A DNA stretch of 64,000 bases from a virus. Both the position numbers and the translations under genes were made by a program. Numbering within the stretch: the first letter of the stretch is position 1; the number at the start of each line of letters is the position of its first letter. Under the pieces are notes generated by a model. It had not been told where the DNA came from and did not search any database. It worked only from the letters and a program-made list of their open reading frames with translations. The DNA is taken from IMG/VR virus record IMGVR_UViG_3300020469_000001, positions 1-64,000 of that record. One strand, given 5' to 3'. Below are positions 36,595 through 46,282 of this stretch, one piece after another.

Positions 36595-37802
36595 TCTTGC
36601 TCCTCGCTTGGTGGGGTCTCTTGTGGCCTACCACCTTCTTCGGGATTTGCGGCTGAACCTGCGATATTCGCAGGAACTCTTGGTTTATCAAATCCTGAGA
36701 TTTCTTCAAGTCTTAATGCCTCCCTTGCTTCATTCGGTGTCATAATACCTGAGTTCACAAGTGTAGCATAGTAGCTTGCTTGGTCTCTTAACTCTGGTTG
36801 AAGTGCTGGAATTCCAGACACATTCTCATCAAGTTTAAAACCGAAGTATCTCTCGAAAGCATACCTAATCTTGTTAGTGATTGGTAGTATGGTTTCTAAA
36901 TAATATAATCTATGGTTTGGTCGTAAATTTGCATTATTACCGCTATCCATCAAAATTGGTGGTACACCTAACGCTTTAAGTATTATCTTTTCATTAGTGG
37001 CGATGCCATCTTGAAAGTCTAAGTTCTTAAAATTAACTTCTGTTAAGTTTTCCACTGTTAAACCACCATCTAAAAATAATGGTCGTCTTCCACCAGACTG
37101 TGGATTGTATCTTGCAACCCAAGCCTGTAACATTCTCTCTTTGATTTTCTCAGAGAGTGTGTTTGGTGATTTCAGTACCAATCCTGGTACTGCTCCATTC
37201 TTGAAGAAGTTATCCTGGAATCTTCTCATGCTCGATAGTAACTGCATAGTTCTAAGAGCTGGTTTGAGTCTAGGTACTCCTCTATAAATAGAGTTAAAAC
37301 TGTTTTCTTTTATGTGTATAATTTCTGAAGGACTATAATCTATACTGTGGTCATAAGTATACTTCTCTACGTAAGTATTCTCGTCACTATGTATAGTCAT
37401 GTGATCTGCTGGAAGATGATAGAGATGTCTACCATCAAAATAAACAAAGATATTTCCATCAATCAGTAAGTCTATCAAAAGATTTCTTTTAAATGTGCTT
37501 ACATCTTGAAATGGATTTGGTTCTTTATTTAGTAGTAAGTCTACTCTACTTCTTCTTATGTCTTTCTTTATAGGTTGTACACCTATTATCTTTTCTCCTA
37601 CATCAAATGGTACTTCAGCTGAATCATCCACAATCATGTTGACCGCTCTATTTACCACTTCTAATGATTCGTAAGCATTTCGATAAGTTATAATATTTTC
37701 ACGGCTATCAATAGTCATTCCCTCATCACGGGAAATCACATATTGTGCAGGATTTTCTTTTTCCTGTTTATCTCTGCCTAAAAATCTATCGTACCATGCC
37801 AT
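36591..37802 (-). CDS. Portal protein (HK97/T5-like)
   Basis: LLNKEPNPFQ, LLIDGN, FFKNGAVPG, GIMTPNEARE. Confidence 0.95.
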   Translation of the reverse strand: MAWYDRFLGRDKQEKENPAQYVISRDEGMTIDSRENIITYRNAYESLEVVNRAVNMIVDDSAEVPFDVGEKIIGVQPIKKDIRRSRVDLLLNKEPNPFQDVSTFKRNLLIDLLIDGNIFVYFDGRHLYHLPADHMTIHSDENTYVEKYTYDHSIDYSPSEIIHIKENSFNSIYRGVPRLKPALRTMQLLSSMRRFQDNFFKNGAVPGLVLKSPNTLSEKIKERMLQAWVARYNPQSGGRRPLFLDGGLTVENLTEVNFKNLDFQDGIATNEKIILKALGVPPILMDSGNNANLRPNHRLYYLETILPITNKIRYAFERYFGFKLDENVSGIPALQPELRDQASYYATLVNSGIMTPNEAREALRLEEISGFDKPRVPANIAGSAANPEEGGRPQETPPSEEQE

Positions 37803-38160
37803 ATTTTTGTCTCTGTATATCCACCCAATGTTGTTGTTTCTTTGCTGTTAATAACTTTGGTCGTTTTCCATATATGTTATGCAGTTTCAGGTGGTGCATA
37901 TGACATAAAGTAACAGCTTGGTTATAAACTTCGTCTTCGTTTTCTTTTATGAAATCTTCACGAAGTGCTAGTATTTCTTCTTCTGTCTTAATGGTGATAT
38001 TTTTTTGTTTCATCCACCATTCAAGTAATTCAGTTAGTCCGTTATAGTGATGAAAGTCCAGATTCTCTGTACTTCCACAGATGTAACATTCCGTCTCTTT
38101 TTTATATTTAGACTTGGCCTTGTCACGAACATATTTAACTAAATCTCTTTTTAAAGTCAT
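37786..38160 (-). CDS. HNH nicking endonuclease (T5-like, portal-adjacent)
   Basis: CYICG...LDFHH...TLCHMHH..LH..YG. Confidence 0.85.
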   Translation of the reverse strand: MTLKRDLVKYVRDKAKSKYKKETECYICGSTENLDFHHYNGLTELLEWWMKQKNITIKTEEEILALREDFIKENEDEVYNQAVTLCHMHHLKLHNIYGKRPKLLTAKKQQHWVDIQRQKYGMVR

Positions 38161-38180
38161 AAACCTACTTGTATATTAGA

Positions 38181-38209
38181 ATTGTAACAAAAATTTTAGC
38201 TCATGTCAA
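38181..38209 (-). promoter_or_regulatory. Sigma70 promoter for the head operon
   Basis: TTGACA-N17-TACAAT with upstream AAAAATAGTTC. Confidence 0.8.
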
Positions 38210-38231
38210 GAACTATTTTTGATAGGTATAA

Positions 38232-39530
38232 TTAAAAGGTAGTGGCACTTGTTTCAAACGAATAGAGTGCATATCGAATCGCGTCTGCCATGTGAGACGC
38301 ATAGTTATGTTTAGGTTTTTCTTTTAATAGATTTGGATTTGGATCCCACTGATATTGGTCTAAACAAAGTAATGATTCTTTACAACCTTGATGAACGAAA
38401 AGTTGGTCATTATCTACTATACCTGCTACTGCTCCGATGCCATCTAGTACTGACTTTTTGGCATTAATAGTGCTAATATCATAGTTTTGTGCAAAGTCAA
38501 ATCTTGTTTGTTGAGCTGCAGAATCTATGTAAATGTAGTCTATGTCCCACTTAATTATAAGTTTGTTAATTTCTATTGCATGCTGTTCAGTAGTTCGTTC
38601 ACTATCTAAATATTCGTCTACTAAATAGTATTTATCTGCGTCCCAGTCATACGCAATCACACAGAAAGCTGTAGGATCTTTGTACCCTACGTCCATTCCT
38701 GCAAAAATATCCATTCTTCCAGTTTCTAGTTCGGATAAATCTGCAATCTGTGTTTCATGATTAAATGCCCATACCTGACCTTCAAAAACATTGAAGTCAG
38801 CCATATATTCCTGATTAAATTCAGCTTCTGACATCGTCTTTTTAGCTTCGTCAATATCTGTTTGTGATAATCTAGGATTTTCGTGATAAGTTGCTCGTAC
38901 TGAAGCCCACTCTGGGAACTCATCGCTGAATCCTCTATGCCAGAACTCTGCAAACCAATTATTTCTACCCCGTGGAGTTGAGATAAATATAGCTTTAGAG
39001 TTTTCTTTATCTAGTGTAGGTCTTAGTGCTACATTGAAAGCATCTCTGCCATCAACAAGAGCCGCTTCATCAAATATGATGAGATCATAACTTCTACCTA
39101 CCACAGAGTCTACTTGGTTAACAGAACCCATACGAATTGTTGAGCCATTTGATAGCTCAATAACTTTATCTTTTGCATTATCTCTAGTAACTTCTAAATC
39201 AAAGTGTTTAATCAGTTGTCTTTGTAAATCAAATGAGATTTGTGATAAAGAGTAGTTAGGCGACATAAGTAAAACATTAGAACCTGGTACTAATGTGATT
39301 AATTGTCCTATGATATTTGCAATATAAGTTTTGCCCTGCCTACGAGAAATCGCAGCACATACAAATCTATATTTGGGGTTGTTTATAGCGTTGATCAACG
39401 CTGTTTGTGATGAATTAGGCTGAACGCCTAGTAAGTCCATGTAACCATTAATAGGTAACTTTATAAATTTTCTTTCATCAAATGTCATTAGTTCATCACT
39501 AAGGACATCTTTTCTGCTAATGGTTATCAA
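38232..39530 (-). CDS. terL: Terminase large subunit (T5-like)
   Basis: SRRQGKT Walker A, IIFDEAAL Walker B, ISTPRG, GMDVG..DPTA, HMADA.RY. Confidence 0.95.
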   Translation of the reverse strand: MITISRKDVLSDELMTFDERKFIKLPINGYMDLLGVQPNSSQTALINAINNPKYRFVCAAISRRQGKTYIANIIGQLITLVPGSNVLLMSPNYSLSQISFDLQRQLIKHFDLEVTRDNAKDKVIELSNGSTIRMGSVNQVDSVVGRSYDLIIFDEAALVDGRDAFNVALRPTLDKENSKAIFISTPRGRNNWFAEFWHRGFSDEFPEWASVRATYHENPRLSQTDIDEAKKTMSEAEFNQEYMADFNVFEGQVWAFNHETQIADLSELETGRMDIFAGMDVGYKDPTAFCVIAYDWDADKYYLVDEYLDSERTTEQHAIEINKLIIKWDIDYIYIDSAAQQTRFDFAQNYDISTINAKKSVLDGIGAVAGIVDNDQLFVHQGCKESLLCLDQYQWDPNPNLLKEKPKHNYASHMADAIRYALYSFETSATTF

Positions 39531-39763
39531 TGTATTGTCTCGTTGAAAAATAATAATGTATCGTCTTCGTCATCGAGAAGACCCGCCTCTTTGGCTTTTT
39601 CGTAAAGGTATAAAAAGGAGGCTGACATCTGTTTTAAGTTTTTTTCTGATGATGAGAGGTTTCGTTTATCTGCTACCTCTAACATTTTTGCTAAAAAATT
39701 ATGTGCATGAATTTGACTTTCATCTAACCATACTTTTCTTCCGTCAGTTGTGGGTAATCCCAT
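39527..39763 (-). CDS. Hypothetical protein
   Basis: AAAGGAG RBS; ATGA overlap with terL. Confidence 0.7.
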   Translation of the reverse strand: MGLPTTDGRKVWLDESQIHAHNFLAKMLEVADKRNLSSSEKNLKQMSASFLYLYEKAKEAGLLDDEDDTLLFFNETIH

Positions 39764-39775
39764 ATTTTCTCCTTT

Positions 39776-40066
39776 CTACCATTTAACTTTATTTGCCCAG
39801 TATGCTGCTGACATCTTGCCTCGGGCAATATTTCTTCTATGTCTAGCTTTAAAACTCTTACGCTTCATCTTCATTCTACGAGACTCTCCAGCTTTAGGTT
39901 TCCCTGCTGTTTTAGCTCCTTTTTGTCCAAAACGAATAGTTTTAATTTTATTTCCAACTTTTGCCACTACTATGTGTGACTTGGTTCTGTGGCCAGGGGT
40001 TCTTTTGGGCTTGTTGAATCCTCTGACACCTGCTCTTTTGAGTCTTGGGTCGCGCTTACGGGGCAT
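39776..40066 (-). CDS. Small basic protein (DUF6321-like)
   Basis: KTIRFGQ...RKSFKARH...SAAYWA..W. Confidence 0.75.
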   Translation of the reverse strand: MPRKRDPRLKRAGVRGFNKPKRTPGHRTKSHIVVAKVGNKIKTIRFGQKGAKTAGKPKAGESRRMKMKRKSFKARHRRNIARGKMSAAYWANKVKW

Positions 40067-40067
40067 A

Positions 40068-40628
40068 TTAGTCTCTAAAATTCCAAAATACTAGTGCGTA
40101 TCTTGTCCCTGAGGTCACTTTATCTACACCGTGCCACCATTTAGCTTTTATTTCTAAGCCGTCTTGTGGAAACTGTATAGCTTGACCAACTTTTTGTTCT
40201 AAAGGTTGCTCTTTATTCTTACCTAGTGAAAGATTACCACCTTCATAATCATCATTTAAAGGAATAATAACAATATCTTTTGCAGTTTTGTTAGTTCCTT
40301 CTTTCCAATAATTACTCTGGCACATCCACATACTATCTCTGTGAGGATTGGTAAAATCTCCTTCCTCATACTTCATTACTTTACTTCTGTAGACAGGTAA
40401 ACCGTCCCAAGTATCAAAGCAACTTAATTCAGATTGCTGTACGCTTCTGCCTCTGCCACCTTTTTTGAGAACGACAGTATTTGCTTCCAGCTCATCTTTT
40501 GTCATGTTCTGTGCATCAACATCAAAGTTTATATCTCTTTTATATATATCATCTTCCCAGCTTTCAACAGAGTTTATTATCTGTTGACAGCGTTCTTTTG
40601 ATAGTGCGTTCTCAGTGTATTTTAACAT
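40068..40628 (-). CDS. 2OG-Fe(II) oxygenase
   Basis: HRD, LNDDYEGG, HGV..VTSGTRY. Confidence 0.9.
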   Translation of the reverse strand: MLKYTENALSKERCQQIINSVESWEDDIYKRDINFDVDAQNMTKDELEANTVVLKKGGRGRSVQQSELSCFDTWDGLPVYRSKVMKYEEGDFTNPHRDSMWMCQSNYWKEGTNKTAKDIVIIPLNDDYEGGNLSLGKNKEQPLEQKVGQAIQFPQDGLEIKAKWWHGVDKVTSGTRYALVFWNFRD

Positions 40629-40900
40629 TATCTTCCTCGTCTAGGTAGTATTCTTCCTGCTGACCTTTTGCCAAAGGTTGCTCTTTTTGGATTTAGTGTT
40701 TTACCAAATCTTGGACCAATTGCCTTTGGAGCTGCACCATAAAATCCTGCTGAGCTAGACAACGGGCTTTTTGTATTAACAAAAGTTCCTGCTGCTGCAT
40801 TCAAATCTCTGGTTAGTCCTCTTTTTAGTTTATGTTTACGAATCTTCTGAGTACCATGTACACCAGTAGGGCCGCTTAAAAATGAACCTGTTCTAGCCAT
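40628..40900 (-). CDS. Small basic protein
   Basis: AGGAG RBS; Arg/Lys/Gly-rich. Confidence 0.65.
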   Translation of the reverse strand: MARTGSFLSGPTGVHGTQKIRKHKLKRGLTRDLNAAAGTFVNTKSPLSSSAGFYGAAPKAIGPRFGKTLNPKRATFGKRSAGRILPRRGR

Positions 40901-41090
40901 TTCTTTCTCCTATAAGCTTTTTAATTTGCTTATCCCGAAAATTACACTCCTGCATAGTTGCGTAATTTTTCATTTTTACTAATTGGGAGAGGGCTCTGCG
41001 TCTTGTTATTACTACAGTAGCCACGGTTTTTTCAATCGCCGAAAGCTGTTGAGTCATTTCAAACTTTTTAGCTAGTGTGCGACTGTTCAT
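40893..41090 (-). CDS. Hypothetical protein
   Basis: Packed within the operon. Confidence 0.55.
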   Translation of the reverse strand: MNSRTLAKKFEMTQQLSAIEKTVATVVITRRRALSQLVKMKNYATMQECNFRDKQIKKLIGERNG

Positions 41091-41378
41091 TTACCTTCTC
41101 CTTCTTCGTGTTGTTTTTCTTTTTCGTTTAACAAAGGTTGATACGTTTCTAGGTTTGCCACCAGGATTACCTGCTCTCCTCTTGCGTGTTACTGCAGATC
41201 GTTTCTGCGCCGAAGTCATTCTTCGAGCTTTACTAGCTGGTACGCATTTGGGATAGCCTCCCTTACTTCGTGCGGATTTTCTTCCACACGGAGGGTGTCC
41301 TCCTCCTTTTCTCTTACGAGAAATATCTACCCAACCTTCTTTGAACCATTTTGTTAGTCCACCTTTAGGTTTTGCCAT
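41091..41378 (-). CDS. Small basic protein (DUF5872-associated type)
   Basis: GGLTKWFKE.WVD..CGR...YPKCVP. Confidence 0.75.
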   Translation of the reverse strand: MAKPKGGLTKWFKEGWVDISRKRKGGGHPPCGRKSARSKGGYPKCVPASKARRMTSAQKRSAVTRKRRAGNPGGKPRNVSTFVKRKRKTTRRRRR

Positions 41379-41575
41379 TACTTCCTTCTTTTACGTCCAG
41401 TACCCATACGATACCTTCCGCCTTTGGCTTTGTAAGTTTTTACTAGCCATCCATTAGCATATGCTGATGGGTATACCTTAAACTTTCTCTTTGCTTGTGC
41501 TTTTACTCTTGCATAAAGAGTAGGGTTTGTAGGTACTGGCCTTTTCTTAGCGGCCTTTCTTCTTTTTCTTGCCAT
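41378..41575 (-). CDS. Small basic protein (DUF5872-like)
   Basis: NPTLY.RVK..AK.KF..YPSAYA...LVK.YK..GG. Confidence 0.75.
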   Translation of the reverse strand: MARKRRKAAKKRPVPTNPTLYARVKAQAKRKFKVYPSAYANGWLVKTYKAKGGRYRMGTGRKRRK

Positions 41576-41628
41576 TGAATCTCCTCAATGCATAGTGGGC
41601 GTTTCAGCCCACTATACCCCCGAAATGT

Positions 41629-41805
41629 TTATTTATCTTTCGCTTTGCCAACATTTAAGGCAAACCAGTCAACTAGTTTATAGACTTTCTTCATCCAACC
41701 GTCATCTATAGGGGTTGGAGTTAAAGCTGCTATTAGAGAACAGATCATTACTATTGTTGGTAATACTGCTATCCATGCTTGGAGCCATTCAAAGAATCCT
41801 AACAT
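41629..41805 (-). CDS. Small membrane protein, holin-like (58 aa, not in ORF track)
   Basis: MLGFFEWLQAWIAVLPTIVMICSLIAALTPTPIDD...LNVGKAKDK; AGGAG RBS. Confidence 0.7.
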   Translation of the reverse strand: MLGFFEWLQAWIAVLPTIVMICSLIAALTPTPIDDGWMKKVYKLVDWFALNVGKAKDK

Positions 41806-41854
41806 ACTTATCTCCTATCGTACTAAAAAGTACTCCTTGCGATGTATACGCGTC

Positions 41855-42430
41855 CTAGTAGCCTTGGCCACCTGGATTATCCTGCAAAGTGTCTAATTGA
41901 CCTCTCCACAGACCTTCCTTATTCACTTTGTTTCCATGGCTAAAAAACCAAGGTAACCCAGTAACATAAGTATTTAAGATCCTCTCGAGTCGAGTTTTAT
42001 GCTCTATCTTCACTGTGCATCTATACAGCTTTTTACAACTGTAATCGACAACATATAAACCGCCAAACAGGCCGTCATTATTTTCTAATTTTCTTGCTTC
42101 GTCTAAATTCTTAACACAAATGGTATTGAAAGTGTCATGTCCAAATTGAAATGACTGTGCGTTGTTATTTGCGTCTCGAGTGATCGTTATTACTTCATTA
42201 CGAACGCTAATTGTATGTGCATCAGCCCAGATACAGAACGGTTGTAAACCTATAGCTTGTTGGTTAGTTCTGCTTTGTCCTTCTAATTTTTCCCATGTTT
42301 CTTTTTTGAAGAATCTAGTATTTCCTCTTCTAGAGAATAAGTCACCATACAACACTGGCACTTCCCTATCATTTGGAACTGCGTTATCGTTGTAAAATGC
42401 TCTTGCTATTTGATATGGTGTTTTTTGCAT
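41855..42430 (-). CDS. Hypothetical protein
   Basis: 191-aa ORF in operon orientation. Confidence 0.6.
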   Translation of the reverse strand: MQKTPYQIARAFYNDNAVPNDREVPVLYGDLFSRRGNTRFFKKETWEKLEGQSRTNQQAIGLQPFCIWADAHTISVRNEVITITRDANNNAQSFQFGHDTFNTICVKNLDEARKLENNDGLFGGLYVVDYSCKKLYRCTVKIEHKTRLERILNTYVTGLPWFFSHGNKVNKEGLWRGQLDTLQDNPGGQGY

Positions 42431-42554
42431 AATTCTTTGTAGAAGGGCGGATTGGAGACCCCTCGATATTTTTCCGTGTCATGATATAATATCATGCTTT
42501 TGCGTTTAGTATAAGGTCATCCAATCCTAAATTGTTGATCACCTCCTCGGTAAA

Positions 42555-42728
42555 CTACTTGCAGGGTTTGTTTCTTTTACGAATTCCTGACTGTAAAGCT
42601 TTTGGTAATTTTTTCTGCGCTGCAGATAAACAAGGTTTGAGTCCGCTCATACCTTTTTTCTTTTTACCTTTTCCTTTCTTCTTTGGTCGGCCTCTTTTAG
42701 AGCCGTAAGTTCCTTTGCCTCTTGGCAT
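42555..42728 (-). CDS. Small basic protein MPRGKGTYGSKRGRPKK (57 aa, not in ORF track)
   Basis: GGAG RBS; GRP AT-hook-like motif; Lys-rich. Confidence 0.7.
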   Translation of the reverse strand: MPRGKGTYGSKRGRPKKKGKGKKKKGMSGLKPCLSAAQKKLPKALQSGIRKRNKPCK

Positions 42729-42739
42729 ACTTCATCTCC

Positions 42740-42928
42740 CTAAGTCCAACGAGGTGGCTCGTCTGGACACTCAGCCCATCGTAGTTTTGTTTTGAGGGGC
42801 ATAAAACAGTGACAAATCTTACAAGTTTTCCAAAACTTACTATAGTTTGGACACTGTTCACAAATCTTTAATCTTTCTTTATGTGACTTTTTATTCGAAG
42901 TCCGCGTACCAATTCGTTCCATATTCAT
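42740..42928 (-). CDS. Cys-rich small protein (DUF6171-like)
   Basis: RL.IC..CP...C..C.CF...KT....CP...W; true start uncertain. Confidence 0.65.
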   Translation of the reverse strand: MNMERIGTRTSNKKSHKERLKICEQCPNYSKFWKTCKICHCFMPLKTKLRWAECPDEPPRWT

Positions 42929-43394
42929 TTAATTTATTAGTCCACCATTCTTCGTTATGTAGACTTACATGAAAATTAGTACCATCACTAAACTTTTTAA
43001 TTGCTGGTTTAGTATCAATATGAAAATACACAGAGTTTCCTAAAAAGAATATTGAGTGTAGTACACTATCGACTTCTTCTGGTAGTATGTGTTCCATCAC
43101 ATCTACACATAGTACTAAATCGAAAAAGTTACATTTATATCCTGCTAGTTTATTATACTTAGCTACGTAAGGATCGTATAGTGTTGGCATTGGTATACCC
43201 CAATCTTCGTGTACATTCTGTCGAGTGTACTGCCAACCTTTACCACAACCAAAGTCTAAAACATTGACAGGATTTACTCTGTCTATAACTTTCTTAATTA
43301 TATCTTTGTTCTTTACTGTTGTTCTACCACTCATTGTAGTAGTGTTTTCATGAACCCAGACATACTCTTTAGCAAGTCTTTCCTTATCGATCAT
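42891..43394 (-). CDS. Class I SAM-dependent methyltransferase
   Basis: VLDFGCGKG; FDLVLCVDVMEHI. Confidence 0.88.
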   Translation of the reverse strand: MIDKERLAKEYVWVHENTTTMSGRTTVKNKDIIKKVIDRVNPVNVLDFGCGKGWQYTRQNVHEDWGIPMPTLYDPYVAKYNKLAGYKCNFFDLVLCVDVMEHILPEEVDSVLHSIFFLGNSVYFHIDTKPAIKKFSDGTNFHVSLHNEEWWTNKLNEYGTNWYADFE

Positions 43395-43549
43395 CTTGTT
43401 CTTTTACGATTAGGGTTGTGTGATCTTCTCTTTAAATTTTTCTTTCTAGCAAGTAATCTTTTCATTCTGCTAGTAAGTTCTGGAGACTCATTCTTTTCTT
43501 CTGAGTGCTCCACTGCCTTTTTCAAGGCTTCTTTTATTTCGTTAGCCAT
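43391..43549 (-). CDS. Small hypothetical protein (52 aa, not in ORF track)
   Basis: MANEIKEALKK...RKRTR*; overlaps both neighbours. Confidence 0.5.
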   Translation of the reverse strand: MANEIKEALKKAVEHSEEKNESPELTSRMKRLLARKKNLKRRSHNPNRKRTR

Positions 43550-43716
43550 GTAAGTGCTTCCTGTTTAGTTTTAAATATTTGGTGGTCTATTCCATCTCCT
43601 TTTAGATGCCATAGTCCTCTTTTTTCATAAAGTTCTACACCTTCAGGTACTTCTGTTTTTACCTTTTTCATTTTAGGTGCTTTTGTTATATCTTTTTTAG
43701 AATAATCTAATTCCAT
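43534..43716 (-). CDS. Hypothetical protein
   Basis: AGGAG RBS. Confidence 0.6.
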   Translation of the reverse strand: MELDYSKKDITKAPKMKKVKTEVPEGVELYEKRGLWHLKGDGIDHQIFKTKQEALTWLTK

Positions 43717-43725
43717 TGTTTTCTC

Positions 43726-43923
43726 CTATGAGTGCATACTCCATATTGTAAATATGACGGTTGCTGCTCCGACAATAACCCCACCAGCTGCAGAAATCAG
43801 TATTGTTTCTACACGCTTTAAGCTATTATCCATGTCGTCAAAGCGGTTAAATGCAGTTTTCCATCGCTCCGCGCAGACTGCTTCATGCCTAGCTAGATCG
43901 TTTGCCACTTGTTCAGCGTCCAT
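43726..43923 (-). CDS. Small coiled-coil + transmembrane protein (XhlA/holin-like)
   Basis: HEAVCAERW motif then a C-terminal TM helix. Confidence 0.65.
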   Translation of the reverse strand: MDAEQVANDLARHEAVCAERWKTAFNRFDDMDNSLKRVETILISAAGGVIVGAATVIFTIWSMHS

Positions 43924-43965
43924 TTGTTACTCCCTTTTCTTAACTTTTGTATTAAATACATGATA

Positions 43966-43994
43966 ATTATATCAAATTACCAACCTGATGTCAA
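43966..43994 (-). promoter_or_regulatory. Sigma70 promoter
   Basis: TTGACA-N17-TATAAT. Confidence 0.8.
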
Positions 43995-43997
43995 GTA

Positions 43998-45782
43998 CTA
44001 TTTTCGTATGGTATAGATTTTTACAGGTTCTGACTTACCTTTTACAGTTACCTCGTCAAGAAACTCATAATCATAACCATCTACTAAACTGTGCTCAGAT
44101 ATAATTAAGTCAGCATCATATTCTTTACAGCTAGATTCTAGTCTAGCAGCCAGATTGACGCTATCACCAAGAACGCTGTAATCAAAGCGAGTGCTGCTGC
44201 CAAAGTTTCCAACGACACAGTCCCCGGTGTTGATTCCCGCTCCTGTATTAATCTCATCCAAGCCTTCTTCTCTGAGTTTTTCATTTAACTCCTCCAATGC
44301 CACTCTCATTTCGAGAGCTGCCTTTGTTGCATTTTCGACATGATTCTCGTCTGGACACGGCGCTCCCCAAAATGCCATGATGCAATCTCCCATATATTTG
44401 TCTATTGTTCCCCCATGCTTGAGAATAATCTCAGTCTGATTATCAAGGAAACGATTAATGAGGCTCGTAAGTCCTTGTGGATTCTTTTGGTATTTTTCCG
44501 AAATCGGGGTAAATCCTCGTATATCAGAAAAAAGAAAAGTGAGTCGTGAAGTTAACCCACCCAATCTCAGTAATGTTGGGTCGTCCTGTAATTTTTTTAC
44601 TAAGTCGGGACTAACGTATGTCCCAAATTGTTGTTTGATTCGAAGTTTCTGTTGATACTCCGATAGGAAACTCAGAAAGGTATGAATACTCCAAAAGAGA
44701 ACGGATATAATTACGATTCCACTAACGTCAAGCAAGTAAGAAGATTTATATAGATGCCAGGCTCCATATAAACTTCCTCCAGTTATCAGTAATAGTGCGG
44801 GAACGGAAAGCCAGACTGACCTTGATGCAAAAGCAAGTATTATCAGTGCTAGTAGTGTTGCGATGATTTCTGCTCCTGTAGCCCAAGTTGGTTGGCTAGG
44901 TGCGGTTCCTGTAATTAGATTGTGTAGAATGTTCGCTTGGATTTCGTGTGGGTATTTAGCCCCCGCAGGGGTCGGCACTGGGTTAGTTATACCCTCTGCA
45001 GTCGTGCCGAATATAACGAACGGAGCTTCTATTGGTTTCTTAAGAAACTCCAGTCCGCTTTGTTTGTAAAACTTCGTATTCCAATTTAAAAAGATACGAC
45101 CATTCGCATCTGTATTCATCAGTGGGTAGTTTGGGATTCTTATCCAATCAATACCTTCTGGTGTTGTTTTTAGCTGGTACGAAGGATCGTTTACGGCGAC
45201 TCTTAAGAGTTCCAAGGCGAAACTCGGGTAAAGTTTTGACTGCACGTTTACGACTAGGGGAATGCGACGAGTAACCCCGTCTATTTCCGGCGTAGCGGTT
45301 ACTACTCCGATTCCCTTTGTTTTTGACTCCAGCGTAGACGCGGTAGGTAAAATTCCTGGTAGTTCGAATAGCCATGGTAATGGGTCCTCTCCTAACTGAG
45401 CAGTACCTACATGAGGGTTTGTCCCAGTTACTTGTGTCGATGCTGCTGAAGCAAGGACTGTTGGTATGTATTGCATTCGCATAGCAAAGTAATTATCATA
45501 ATCTTTGCCACGAATGTCGGGGTTTGGCATCAAGATTGTAAAACCTGGTACGGCCTGTGTAGTAGTGATTAAGTCACCAAACACTGACCTAGGTAATGGC
45601 CATCCGCCATAAGTCTGTAGAAAATCTTCATCAAGATCAACTATCAGAATGTTCTCGTTCTGTACTGGTTCGGTATTCATGATTAAGTAGTCGTAACCAA
45701 TTAGTTCGACTCTTTGCATGACACCAGGATTCCATATAAGCAATCCCATAAACAGTACTATTGTGATAACTTTATTTAGCAC
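43998..45782 (-). CDS. CHASE2-domain class III adenylate cyclase
   Basis: IVDLDE..L..YGGWPLPR, DGVTRRIP, three TM helices, LFSDIRGFT, DKYMGDCIMAFWGAP, DYSVLGDSVNLAARLES. Confidence 0.93.
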   Translation of the reverse strand: MLNKVITIVLFMGLLIWNPGVMQRVELIGYDYLIMNTEPVQNENILIVDLDEDFLQTYGGWPLPRSVFGDLITTTQAVPGFTILMPNPDIRGKDYDNYFAMRMQYIPTVLASAASTQVTGTNPHVGTAQLGEDPLPWLFELPGILPTASTLESKTKGIGVVTATPEIDGVTRRIPLVVNVQSKLYPSFALELLRVAVNDPSYQLKTTPEGIDWIRIPNYPLMNTDANGRIFLNWNTKFYKQSGLEFLKKPIEAPFVIFGTTAEGITNPVPTPAGAKYPHEIQANILHNLITGTAPSQPTWATGAEIIATLLALIILAFASRSVWLSVPALLLITGGSLYGAWHLYKSSYLLDVSGIVIISVLFWSIHTFLSFLSEYQQKLRIKQQFGTYVSPDLVKKLQDDPTLLRLGGLTSRLTFLFSDIRGFTPISEKYQKNPQGLTSLINRFLDNQTEIILKHGGTIDKYMGDCIMAFWGAPCPDENHVENATKAALEMRVALEELNEKLREEGLDEINTGAGINTGDCVVGNFGSSTRFDYSVLGDSVNLAARLESSCKEYDADLIISEHSLVDGYDYEFLDEVTVKGKSEPVKIYTIRK

Positions 45783-46282
45783 GATACATTTACGCCTGTA
45801 ATATGATGGTAATTAAAATCTCTGCATTCTGAAGCCTCTTCATACAAGTAAAAGTTTCTTATTATTACTGCTGCAAGAATCCAGTTTGTAAGCACCATTT
45901 GCTCCTCTTCTAAGTTAGCTGCTATAATTGGAGTTAATACAGATTTGTGTAGTAAAAATTCTGCAGCAGACGGCTTTTCCGGCAGTAAAAAGTTGGCTTC
46001 CTTTATGTGCGGGTTGTTTCTAGTAAACACATATGAAGTTGTCATGTCAACCGCATTGAGAATATAGTAAGCTCTTAGTGTTCTCTTAGTGGGTTCATTG
46101 TTTATCTTTATAAATCTAAGACGCTTTTTCTCAGCAGCTTCTATTTGAACAGAGTCTTGCTTCATCTGTTCATAGTTGAATGGAGTTTCAGGTAGTGTTA
46201 AATCTAAGCTATCCGCTTGATTGTTTGACGCTAATAGTAACATCGGCACCATTACCAACGACAACATTGTAAGCTTTGCCAT
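45776..46282 (-). CDS. Putative exported/membrane protein
   Basis: Signal-like MAKLTMLSLVMVPMLLLA; start uncertain. Confidence 0.5.
   Translation of the reverse strand: MAKLTMLSLVMVPMLLLASNNQADSLDLTLPETPFNYEQMKQDSVQIEAAEKKRLRFIKINNEPTKRTLRAYYILNAVDMTTSYVFTRNNPHIKEANFLLPEKPSAAEFLLHKSVLTPIIAANLEEEQMVLTNWILAAVIIRNFYLYEEASECRDFNYHHITGVNVSC

Noticed and set aside
42891-43394. DNA methyltransferase of a restriction-modification system
   Set aside because: Lacks DPPY/NPPY or PC motifs; resembles small-molecule or glycan methyltransferases
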